From an uncultured Gemmatimonadales bacterium (GTDB taxonomy: Bacteria; Gemmatimonadota; Gemmatimonadetes; Longimicrobiales; Gaopeijiaceae), in the NCBI GenBank assembly GCA_963823035.1, contig CAWGKG010000004.1, positions 416,001 through 480,000 on the forward strand: a stretch of DNA of 64,000 bases. The letters are read 5' to 3'. Positions 55,082 through 64,000 of the stretch are shown piece by piece. Below the pieces are notes generated by a model. That model worked only from the letters and a program-made list of their open reading frames with translations, made no database searches and was not told where the DNA came from. Positions within the stretch are counted from its first letter, which is position 1, and the number at the start of each line of letters is the position of its first letter. The translations under genes and the position numbers were made by a program.

Positions 55082-55837
55082 ATGGATCTGCTGATTCGGA
55101 GGTTCGCGGCGGTCACCCTGATGCCGCTGCCCGTCTGCCTCGCGCTGGGCGTCGTCGGGTGGGTGCTGTGGGCTCGTGGCCGCCGGAAGAAGAGCGGGCA
55201 GGCCCTCGTCGCGCTCGCGCTCCTCCTCCTCGCGGTGCTCGGGCTCCCTCCGGTGGGCTCCGCCCTGGTCGGCCGTCTGGAGCGAGATGTGCGCCCCTTC
55301 TCGGGCGGCCCGGTGGACTACGTGGTGGTGCTGGGCAGCGGCCACGTCTCGGACGCCGAGCTACCGGTCAGCTCGCGCCTCTCCGAGGTGGCGCTCTTCC
55401 GCCTGGTGGAGGGACTGCGCATCGCCCAGGCCCAACCGCTGTCCACGCTCGTCCTCTCGGGGTACGGCGGCGCCGATCCGCGCCCCAACGCCGAGGTCTA
55501 CCGCGACGTCGCCATCGCGCTGGGGTTCCCGGTCGCGCGCATCGTGACGGAGGGGCGTCCTCGCACCACGAGCGAGGAGGCCGAGCTGCTCGAGCCGCTT
55601 CTCCGTGGACACCGCTTCGCGCTCGTGACGTCGGCCACGCACATGCCGCGCGCGCTCGCCATCTTCGAGGCGCGCGGCCTGACGCCGGTGCCGGCGCCCA
55701 CGGGCTATCTGGGCACGCGCGGTCCAGGCTTCCGCGCGCTCGACCTGGTGCCCGACGCGGGCGCACTCTCCCTCACGCACCGCGCCTGGTACGAGGCTCT
55801 CAGCCGCTTGTGGGCTCGTATTCGCGGGGACCTCTGA
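55082..55837 (+). CDS. ElyC/SanA/YdcF (DUF218) family protein
   Basis: VVVLGSG, RLVEG, LSGYGG, TTSEEA, LVTSATHMPRA, PAPTG. Confidence 0.9.
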   Translation: MDLLIRRFAAVTLMPLPVCLALGVVGWVLWARGRRKKSGQALVALALLLLAVLGLPPVGSALVGRLERDVRPFSGGPVDYVVVLGSGHVSDAELPVSSRLSEVALFRLVEGLRIAQAQPLSTLVLSGYGGADPRPNAEVYRDVAIALGFPVARIVTEGRPRTTSEEAELLEPLLRGHRFALVTSATHMPRALAIFEARGLTPVPAPTGYLGTRGPGFRALDLVPDAGALSLTHRAWYEALSRLWARIRGDL

Positions 55838-55932
55838 GGCGAACAGACAGGCGCGGTAGCGGACGGGCAACCCTCGACGCGGCGGGGCGCATCTACACGC
55901 GTAGTAGAACCCGAACAGGACGGACCGCCACC

Positions 55933-57112
55933 ATGCGCAGACTTCTCGTCGACCTCTCCGCAGCCGCTCTCGCGGCCGCCTTCCTCGCTCCCGCGCTCTC
56001 GGCCCAGACTTCGCTCGGTCGGCCCGAGGCACGGCTCCCGGACGACTTCGGCTCGATCCAGACGGTGCGCGAGCTGCCGGACGGCCGTGTTCTGGTGGCC
56101 GACCCGCTCGGCAAGGCGCTCTACGTCGTGGACCTGGACGCCGGCACCCGCGAGGTCGTGGGCTCGGAGGGGCAGGGACCCCAGGAGTACCGCCAACCCG
56201 ACGCCGTCTGGCCGTTGCCGGGCGACTCCACCCTCCTGGTCGACCTCGGCAACGCGCGGCTCGTCGCCGTGGGGCCGGGGATGGAGTTCGGGAGGACCCG
56301 TCCGATCAGTCAGGGCGACTTCCAGCCCGGACAGCCCCTCGTGTTGGCCATCCCGCAGGGCGTGGACGCCCGGGGCGCCATCTACTTCCGCTCCATGGGC
56401 AGTGGCGGGATGGGCGGCGAGCTCCCGGACACCGCGGACATCCTGCGCCAGCCGCTCGACGGCGGGGCGTCCTCCACGGTCGGGCACTTCAAGGTGCAGG
56501 ACCGCAAGGTGAGCCGCTCCGGCGGAGCCCAGAGCCAGAACGTGAGCATCGAGCAGATCCCCCTGTCGCCGGAGGACGCGTGGGGCGTGGCGGCGGACGG
56601 CTCGGTGGTCATCGCCCGGGCGGGCGACTACCACGTCGAATGGGTGGGCCCGGACGGGAAGGTGACCCGCGGGCCGACCGTCACCTACCGGCCACTCGGC
56701 ATCGGCACCGCGCGAGAAGGAGGAGTACGTCACGGAGGCGGGTCGTTCAGGGGGCGGCATCGGCGTCCAGGTGCAGGTCGTGAACGGAAACCCCTCCATG
56801 TCCTTCCAGCGCGGAGCGGGTGGCGGGCCGAAGCGCGAGATCGACGGCTACACCTGGCCCGAGCGCATGCCGCCGATCTACGGGGGCCGCATCCCGGTCG
56901 ACCCGTCCGGACGCGCGTGGGTGCGGCGGCACGTCGAGGCGGGCGAGCGTAGCACGTACGACCTCTTCGACCGGGCGGGGAAGCGCGTGGGCACCGTCAC
57001 GCTCGATCCCGGCGACCGCGTGATCGGCTTCGGGAAGCGGGGCGTGTACGTCGTCGCCTTCGACGAGTTCGACCTGAACTACCTCGAGCGCTACGCGATG
57101 CCGTCCTTCTAG
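55933..57112 (+). CDS. Secreted beta-propeller-like hypothetical protein, frameshifted
   Basis: Signal peptide ending ALSAQ; VRELPDGRVLVAD, GQGPQEYRQP, DPSGRAWV, YDLFDRAG. Confidence 0.7.
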
Positions 57113-57140
57113 GCCTCCGCCCAGGCCTGCGCGTTCGGGC

Positions 57141-58407
57141 TCAGCGTACCTCGGCCCCGGCGACGTAGACCGCGGAGAGCGTCCGCGTGGCGGACACGTC
57201 CGCGAGCGGGTCGGCGTCGAGAACGAGGAAGTCTGCCCAGCGGCCCGGCTCGAGCGTGCCCACGTCGGTCAGCCCCAGGCAGTCGGCCGCCACGCCGGTC
57301 GCGCTGCGGAGGATCTCCTCGGGCGTCATCCCGGCCTCGGCCATGAGGGCGAGCTCCATGTGCTCGAAATAGCCCGGGAAGCGGCCGGCCGGCCCCGAGT
57401 CGGTGCCCATGGCCACGGGGATCCCCGCGTCCACGAGCGTCTTCAGGTTCTTCTGGGCCTGACGGAGCGCGACGCGGTAGCGCGCTGCCGCGGGGCTCGC
57501 GGCCGTCCGGCGCATCTCCTCCGGGCTGGAGAGCCGCGCCATCTCGGAGCGGTCCGCCCAGCGCAGGAAGAAGGGATCGTCGAAGAAGTCGGGGTGCTCG
57601 CCGTAGACGAACGTCGACACCTCGCGGGTCAGCGTGGGGACGTAGCAGACGTCGGTGTCCCGGAGGAGCGCCACCAGCTCGGCGTCCACGTCGGCGTCGC
57701 GCACGGAATGCGCGATCAGCCCCGATCCCATGCGCAGGAGGCGCTTGGCGTCGTCGAGATAGAAGAGATGGGTCGCCACGCGCATGCCGCGCACCCGCGC
57801 CTCGTCCATCACAGCCTGCACCACCGGCCACGGCATCTTCTCCGTGGTGCCGAGGTTGTCGTCGACGCGGATCTTGATCCAGTCGACGCCCGCGTCCGCG
57901 TTCGCGTCCACGGCCGCCTTCGCCTCCGCGGCCGAAGAGCCGCCGATGACCGGCCCCGCGAAGTGCAGACGCGCACGCCCGAGCCCGGGCCGGTCCTGGG
58001 TGCGCCTCACCGCTGCGGCCTCGGGCGGCTCGTCGCCCAGGCTGTTCACGGTGGTGACGCCGTAGCGAGCGTAGAGGAGGAGGTCTCCTTCGATGCGCGC
58101 GACCGTGTCCTCGGTGCCCGCCGCCGCCCACCGTCCGGTGATGTGTCCATGGGCGTTGATCAGCCCGGGAACGACCCAGTGCCCGGCGAGATCGACGACC
58201 GTGGCCCCCGCGGGCACCGAAGCGCGGCCGACGGAGCGCACGCGCCCGTCCTGCACGACGAGGGTGGCGTTCGGTAGGGCGGGGGCCCCGGTGCCGTCCC
58301 ACAGCGTGGCGCCCGTGAAGGCGACGGTCTGGGCACGCGCGGGCGCCGCGGCGACGACGGCGAGAACCGTCAGGGCGGGCGAGGCATCCGGCTCGAAGGC
58401 AGGTCAT
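57141..58407 (-). CDS. Amidohydrolase family protein
   Basis: PGLINAHGH, GVTTV, IKIRVDD, AMGTDSG, GTLEPGRWADFLVL. Confidence 0.9.
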
Positions 58408-58569
58408 GCTGCGGACGGTATGCATGGGGCCGCGCCTGCGCCAGAGCGCTCGTCGGGACGCCGCGGGGCCATTTCGCCCCGCCCCTCGCGCGGGCGCCGC
58501 CGACGCCTAAGATGGTCCGCGACGCGCGCACCCACGGCGACGCCGGCCACCCGGCGAGGAGTCATCGGC

Positions 58570-60475
58570 ATGACGCGAACCACGACCGGAAACGCCCTCC
58601 TCCTCCTGATGGCGGCCTGTGCCTTCCCGTCCCCGGGACCCGGACTCGAGGCGCAGACCGTCCACCGGCTCGCGGCGTCCCCCTCGACGGTGGCCTGGGG
58701 CTACTACTGGGCCGAGGCGAAGCCGGTGCTCCGCGTCCGTTCCGGGGACATCGTGGAGGTCGAGACGCTGCTCACCTCCAGCCCCACGCGGTTGGAGGGG
58801 GCGGGGGTTGCGGCCCAGGACGTCGAGCCGGCCCTGCGCGCCGTCTACGACCAGGTGCAGGACCGCGGACCGGGCGGACACATCCTGACCGGGCCGATCT
58901 TCGTGGAGGGTGCCGAGCCGGGCGACGTCCTGGAGGTGAAGATCCTCTCGATCGGCCTCCCGATCGCATACGGCTACAACGGATGCAGCGGCTTCCTCCC
59001 CGACCGCTGTGGCGATCCGCGTATGCGCGTCCTCGCGCTCGATCGATCCGCGATGACGTCGGAGGTGCTCCCGGGGGTCACCATCCCGCTGCAGCCGTTC
59101 TTCGGGAGCATGGGCGTCGCGCCGCCTCCCGCGGAGGGTCGCGTCAGCAGCAATCCCCCCGGGCGGCACGCCGGCAACCTGGACAACCGCGAGCTCGTGG
59201 CGGGCACCTCGCTCTTCATTCCCGTGCACGTGCCCGGCGCCCTCTTCGAGGTGGGCGACGGCCATGCCGCGCAGGGCGACGGCGAGGTCGACCAGACGGC
59301 CATCGAGACCTCGCTCACCGGCCGCTTGCAGCTCGTCCTGCACAAGGGGCAGAAGCTCGCCTGGCCGCGCGGCGAGACGCCCACGCACTGGATCGCCATG
59401 GGCACGGACGAGGACCTGACCGTGGCCACGCGCGTGGCGGTCGAGCAGGCCATCGAGCTGCTCATGGACGTGAAGGGCCTCCCCCAGGTGGAGGCGTACC
59501 GCCTGGTGAGCATCGCGTGCAGCGTGCGCGTGACCGAGCTCGTGGACGGGAAGGTCGGCGTGCACGTGATGATCCCGAAGTCGATCTTCGGCGACCAGGC
59601 ACGGCGCGGAGCGACCGATGCGAGCGTGGACGCCGGGACGCCGGTGCATCACACCGTGCGCGCCGACGGGCACCCGATGGCGCTCTGGGAGAAGCGGCCC
59701 GAGGTGCCGCAGGCGGTGGTCCTCCTCCTGCACGGGCGTACGTGGAGCGCGCTCCCGGACTTCGACCTGCACGCGCCCGGGGAGAACCTCTCCGTGATGG
59801 ACGCGCTGGTGGCCCGCGGGTACGTGGCGTACGCGCTCGACCAACGCGGCTACGGCGCGACGCCGCGCGACGACAGCGGTTGGCTCACGCCCGACCGGGC
59901 GGCCGACGACGTGGCGGAGACGCTCCGGTGGATCCGGGCCCGCGAGCCGGACCTGCCCGTGCACCTGCTGGGGTGGTCGCAGGGGTCCCTCGCCAGCCAG
60001 CTCCTCGCGCAGCGGCATCCGGAGCTCGTCGACCGACTGGTGCTCCTGGGCTATCCGCCGCTGCCCCCGAACCTCCCGGCGGACGATCCGTCGGGCGAGC
60101 CGCCACGTGCGGCCAACACCGCGGAGGCCGCCGCGAGCGACTTCATCACGGAGGGCTCGATCAGCCCCGCCGCCCGTCGACGCGTACGTACGGGCGGCGC
60201 TGGCCGCCGACCCGGTGCGGGTGGACTGGACGCATCAGGATCAGTGGAACCAGCTCGACCCGGCTGCGGTGACGGTGCCGACGCTGGTGATCCATGGCGA
60301 GGGCGACCCGATCGCGCGTCCCGACGGGCAGGCCGCGCTGTTCGAGAGGCTGGGCACCTCGGACAAGGCGTGGGTCGTGGTGCCCGGCGGCGACCACGCG
60401 GTGCTGCTCGAACGTCCGCGCGGGTACTTCATCGACGCCGTCGACACCTTCCTGCGCGGGGGGGCCGGGCGATAG
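58570..60475 (+). CDS. Acetamidase/formamidase domain fused to an alpha/beta-hydrolase; frameshift near 60175
   Basis: GGHILTGPIFVEGAEPGD, HAGNLD, GDGHAAQGDGEV, then LLHGRTWS, DQRGYG, GWSQG, HGEGD, GGDH. Confidence 0.85.
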
Positions 60476-60497
60476 CGGCCCGGTCCGGGTGGGGCGC

Positions 60498-60806
60498 TCA
60501 GGGATCCCAGCCGAAGCGGTCGAGGTCGATGCGGTCGCGCGCGTCGAAGACCACGCCCTCCGCCTCGAGCAGGACGCGCTGGATGCGCTCGAAGGCGGTT
60601 CCGCCCGCCCGGCGGCTGACCTCGCCACGGGCGTTCACCACGCGGTGCCACGGCACGTCGGCGTCGTCCGGGAGGGCGGCCATGCAGTACCCCACCTGGC
60701 GCGCGCGGCCGGGGAGGCCCGCCTCGTGCGCCACCTGTCCGTAGCTGGCGACGCGACCGGGCGGGATCCGACGCACCACGTCGTGTATTCGGGAATAGTT
60801 GCTCAT
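60498..60806 (-). CDS. MGMT-family alkyltransferase-like (Atl) protein
   Basis: IPPGRVASYGQVA, ARQVG, PWHRVVN (Trp in place of the catalytic Cys). Confidence 0.92.
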   Translation of the reverse strand: MSNYSRIHDVVRRIPPGRVASYGQVAHEAGLPGRARQVGYCMAALPDDADVPWHRVVNARGEVSRRAGGTAFERIQRVLLEAEGVVFDARDRIDLDRFGWDP

Positions 60807-60862
60807 CGGGAGGAAGGCTGCCGCGTGCGCGGCGCCGACGCAAACCACGGGAGGGGGAGGTC

Positions 60863-61393
60863 ATGACCCACGACGTACGGTATCCCACGGGGAAGTTCGT
60901 GCCCAAGGGGGCGGCCCTAACGGCCGAGGAGCGGGACACGCTCATCCAGCGCATCGAAGCGCTCCCCGGAGAGCTGCGCGCCACGCTCCAGGGACTCGGG
61001 GAGGAGCAGCTCGACACGCCCTACCGTGACGGAGGGTGGTCGCCCCGGCAGATCGCGCACCACCTCGCGGACTCGCACCTGAACGCCTTCGTCCGCATGA
61101 AGCTCGCGCTCACGGAGGAGCGCCCGACGATCAAGCCCTACGACCAGGAGGCGTGGGCCACCCTGCCGGACGTCGAGGGCGTGCCGGTCGAGTCGTCCCT
61201 GCAGATCCTCGACGGCCTGCACGCCCGGTGGACGCGACTCCTGCGTGCGATCCCCGCGGACGGATTCGCGCGACCGGTGATCCATCCGGAGATCGGCGAC
61301 ATCGACGTGGGGCTTCTCCTGGAGCTGTACGGCTGGCACGGCCGTCACCACGCGACGCAGATCAAGGAGTGGCGAGCCCGATCGGGGTCGTGA
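60863..61393 (+). CDS. YfiT/BstA-like DinB-family (bacillithiol) transferase
   Basis: RYPTGKF, LDTPYRDGGW, HHLADSH, KLALTE, YGWHGRHH. Confidence 0.88.
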   Translation: MTHDVRYPTGKFVPKGAALTAEERDTLIQRIEALPGELRATLQGLGEEQLDTPYRDGGWSPRQIAHHLADSHLNAFVRMKLALTEERPTIKPYDQEAWATLPDVEGVPVESSLQILDGLHARWTRLLRAIPADGFARPVIHPEIGDIDVGLLLELYGWHGRHHATQIKEWRARSGS

Positions 61394-61474
61394 GCCGACC
61401 GGAGCCAGGCATGGCGCGTCAGGCGCCGCCCACTACCTTAGGGGTCTTCCATCCCCCTGTTCCAGAGTCGAGCC

Positions 61475-62380
61475 ATGCCTGAAATCGGTCCGCTCCACCC
61501 CCAGGTAGTCCACTTCGTGGTGGCGTCGCTGATCCTGGGTCTGCCCATCTACTGGCTGGGCTTTCTCAAGCGGCCGCGGTTCCTCCGCCCGATGGCCAGC
61601 GTCCTCCTGATCGTCGGAACGGTCGCGTCGATCGTGGCGGTGCGCTCCGGCACCGACGCGCACGGGGCGGCCGAGCGCATCCCCGGGGCCCGATCCGCGG
61701 TGGAGGAGCACGAGGAGCTCGGGATCCTCACCCGGAACATCTTCGAGGGCATCCTCCTCATCGAGCTCATCGGGTTGGCCGTGGCCTGGAAGGCGGGCGG
61801 GGCCGGCTCCTCGGTCCTGTCCGTGGAGACGGGAGAGGCGCACGCGGCCGGAGCGTCCACCATGCGCTTCGCCTCGACGGCGCTGCGTCTCGTGGTCGCG
61901 GTGGCCTGGACGGTGGGCGCCTTCCAGCTCTACGAGGCCGCCGAGCACGGGGGTGAGCTCGTCTACAACTACGCGGGCGGGGTGGGCGTGCGCTCCGGGG
62001 ATCCCGAGGACATGGGCCGGGTGCTCCTCGCCGGCCTCTACGGGGAGGCGCAGGTCGACCGTAGCGCCGGCCGCAACGAGGACGCCGCGCGGCTCATCGA
62101 CGAGATGGTCCAGCGCTATCCCGACAACATGGACGTGCAACTCCTCGGCGTGGAATCGCTCGTCGGCGACACCAAGGACGGGCGGGCGGCTCTCGATCGG
62201 CTGGCCTCGCTGCAGCTCCCCGACGACCCGCGCACGGAGCTGCGCCGCCAGACCATCAAGTTCGACGCGTACATGCTGCTTGCCATGCCCGATTCCGCTC
62301 GGGCCGCGCTCGACGCGGTGCCCGAGCGCTACAGGGAGTCCCGCCCGGTCACGGAGCGCCGAAGCCGGCTGGGAGGCTGA
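61475..62380 (+). CDS. DUF2231 membrane protein with C-terminal helical/TPR-like domain
   Basis: LHPQVVHF, SG..A, EHEELG, AEHGGELVY. Confidence 0.8.
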   Translation: MPEIGPLHPQVVHFVVASLILGLPIYWLGFLKRPRFLRPMASVLLIVGTVASIVAVRSGTDAHGAAERIPGARSAVEEHEELGILTRNIFEGILLIELIGLAVAWKAGGAGSSVLSVETGEAHAAGASTMRFASTALRLVVAVAWTVGAFQLYEAAEHGGELVYNYAGGVGVRSGDPEDMGRVLLAGLYGEAQVDRSAGRNEDAARLIDEMVQRYPDNMDVQLLGVESLVGDTKDGRAALDRLASLQLPDDPRTELRRQTIKFDAYMLLAMPDSARAALDAVPERYRESRPVTERRSRLGG

Positions 62381-62408
62381 AGAACCGCGGCACGGTGCTT
62401 CGGCCTCC

Positions 62409-62789
62409 TCACTTCGGGGGCGGCACCCGCCCCGTCGTGTACTCGAGCAGCACCTCCCGCAAGATCGCCGTGAGGTAGTCGTCCCGCGGCCTCTCGGGGC
62501 GGGTGAGCCGGTCGAACGTCTCGTGGTCGAGCCAGACGCCCAGACACCCCGGGCACTGGTCGGCCTTGCCCTGGGCGGTGCGGATCTCCTCGAGGCGGCC
62601 GCCGCACTTGGGGCAGTGGTCCGCGTGGGCTTCGAGCCACCGGCGTCGTTCCTCGCGGGCGTGGCGCGCCTCCCGCTCGCGCGCCACCGCCATGCGGCTC
62701 TTGAACTCCTCGCGGTGGAAGTACTCCTCCTCGTTCCGGCTGGGCTTGCCCCACGGCTGGTGGGGGAGGCGATGGGTGAACTCGGACAT
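62409..62789 (-). CDS. zf-TFIIB-like zinc-ribbon protein
   Basis: EEEYF, CPKCG, CPGCLGVWLD. Confidence 0.85.
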   Translation of the reverse strand: MSEFTHRLPHQPWGKPSRNEEEYFHREEFKSRMAVAREREARHAREERRRWLEAHADHCPKCGGRLEEIRTAQGKADQCPGCLGVWLDHETFDRLTRPERPRDDYLTAILREVLLEYTTGRVPPPK

Positions 62790-62862
62790 GGGTCCTCCTG
62801 CGTCGTTCCGCGCGCACCCTTCCTACACCGCCGAGGGCCACGTCGTGCCCGGGAGCGGTCTC

Positions 62863-63711
62863 CTACAACGCGAAGACCCGCTTCGGGTTCTCGTACAGGA
62901 CGGCCCGCAACGTGTCCTCGCGCAGCCCCATCTCGGCGAAGCCCTCGCGGTAGCGCTCCCAGCTCAGCCCGTTGGAGCCGAAGAGCACCTTCTGCGCCCC
63001 GACGCGCGACCGGAGGAAGGCGACGAGCGAGGGGGTGAAGTACTTCGGCAGCCAGGCGCTCACGGAGAGGTAGACGTTCGGCCACTTGGTGGTCACCGCG
63101 ATGAGCTCGTCCACCCACGGCCACCCGGTGTGCGTGCCGATCAGCGTGAGGCCCGGGAAGTCGCAGGCGATGCGGTCGATCTGGATCGGCCGACCGTGCT
63201 CGCTCGGCATCGCCTCGAGGACGTGGCCGACCTGCATGGACACGGGCACGCCCAACTCCTCGCAGCGGGCATAGAGCGGATACATCTTCCGGTGGTCGAG
63301 CGGGATGTCGTAGCCGTAGATGTGGATGTACACGCCCTTGTAGCCGCGCTCGTTCACGTCCTCCTCGAGCTTGCGCAGGCTGCCGCGGATGTCGAAGGGG
63401 TCGTAGTCCGCGAGCCCGTACACGCGCCCCGGGTAGCGGCGGGTCAGCGCCGCGATCTCCGCGGTCATGTCCTTGGCGAAGCGCGTCTGGCGCGGATACG
63501 ACCAGGCGAGGAGGTCCGTGGCCAGAACCGACTCGACGCCCGCCTCGTCCATGGCGGCCACGAGGGCGTCACCGTCCTCGTAGCCGTCGCCCCACGCGAG
63601 CTCGACCTTGCACTTGAGCTCTCCCGGGGAGTTCGTCGCCTGCACCCAGCTCTCCTTCCAGTCGCGGAGGAGAAGGGGGAAGAGCGTGTCGATGAACGGG
63701 ACGTCCGCCAT
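62863..63711 (-). CDS. Amidohydrolase_2 family protein
   Basis: MDEAGV, YPLYARCEELGVPV, IGTHTGWPW, PNVY, KVLFGS. Confidence 0.88.
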   Translation of the reverse strand: MADVPFIDTLFPLLLRDWKESWVQATNSPGELKCKVELAWGDGYEDGDALVAAMDEAGVESVLATDLLAWSYPRQTRFAKDMTAEIAALTRRYPGRVYGLADYDPFDIRGSLRKLEEDVNERGYKGVYIHIYGYDIPLDHRKMYPLYARCEELGVPVSMQVGHVLEAMPSEHGRPIQIDRIACDFPGLTLIGTHTGWPWVDELIAVTTKWPNVYLSVSAWLPKYFTPSLVAFLRSRVGAQKVLFGSNGLSWERYREGFAEMGLREDTLRAVLYENPKRVFAL

Positions 63712-63880
63712 GGTTGGAGCCTCCGTCGGATGGCCGGCCGCGGTTCCCCCCGAGCGGGGCTGGCTCGTCGGTGCGATCGGCGCTGCTTTCGTGCAACCTA
63801 TGGAACTCGTTCCGCCTCCGGCCGTAGGGAAAATCCCGATATCCGCGAGGGGGTTCGCGACCTCGGCCTACCGACGTCCC

Positions 63881-63908
63881 TTGACCGCGGGGCCCCGCGG
63901 CCTACCGT
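63881..63908 (+). promoter_or_regulatory. Sigma-70-like promoter of tyrS
   Basis: TTGACC-N16-TACCGT, ending 8 nt before ATG 63917. Confidence 0.5.
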
Positions 63909-63916
63909 TCCAGCCC

Positions 63917-64000
63917 ATGACCTCGATCCTCGAAGAGCTGAGCTGGCGCGGGATGCTGTACGCCTCCACCGAGGGGGCGAAGGAGCACCTCGACGAGGCT
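63917..64000 (+). CDS. tyrS: Tyrosine-tRNA ligase, 5' end only
   Basis: MTSILEELSWRGMLYASTEG resembles the bacterial TyrRS N-terminus (L.wRG). Confidence 0.7.
   Translation, partial: MTSILEELSWRGMLYASTEGAKEHLDEA

Noticed and set aside
147..60475. Programmed ribosomal frameshifting in the split genes
   Set aside because: Shifts are scattered with no consistent slippery sites; sequencing error is simpler
117..63796. Many long overlapping or antisense ORFs in the six-frame track (e.g. 15179-17140 +, 19887-22646 -, 34518-37478 +)
   Set aside because: Arg/Pro/Gly-rich shadow frames expected in very GC-rich DNA, lying opposite well-supported genes
63720..63916. T-box riboswitch upstream of tyrS
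   Set aside because: No T-box consensus or terminator seen, and a promoter-like element lies immediately before the ATG
1..64000. CRISPR array, cas genes, tRNA/rRNA, transposase or integrase
   Set aside because: No spaced direct repeats, RNA-gene signatures or recombinase motifs seen by eye, so the CHAT is not CRISPR-associated within this window

Overview
Very GC-rich bacterial chromosomal DNA. The gene repertoire (PadR/ADOP permease pairs, TPR-CHAT, tricorn, many signal-peptide orphans) suggests Gemmatimonadota or a similar soil/sediment diderm; this is inference. Single-base indels break many genes, including normally essential ones, which points to an unpolished long-read assembly, so gene boundaries were rebuilt by joining frames and are approximate. 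Contents: three PadR + ADOP permease modules; a BlaI/M56 pair; a menF-D-B-A-E cluster with no menC or menH; a hemB-A-C-D-L-E-H-Y operon plus a separate AhbD-like radical SAM gene; a membrane-anchored TIR protein; a TPR/FG-GAP protein; a symporter/cyanophycinase/DUF1684/tricorn cluster; ActP, ElyC, amidohydrolases; an acetamidase-alpha/beta-hydrolase fusion; and the start of tyrS. The best candidate for a new system is 24.1-31.0 kb. An ECF sigma and a zinc anti-sigma converge on a TPR-CHAT protease with intact His/Cys, a predicted signal peptide and a C-terminal membrane anchor. Two orphan genes just upstream share an identically spaced ECF-type promoter (TGAGAA-N17-CGTYCTA). I saw no rRNA, tRNA, CRISPR array or transposase.
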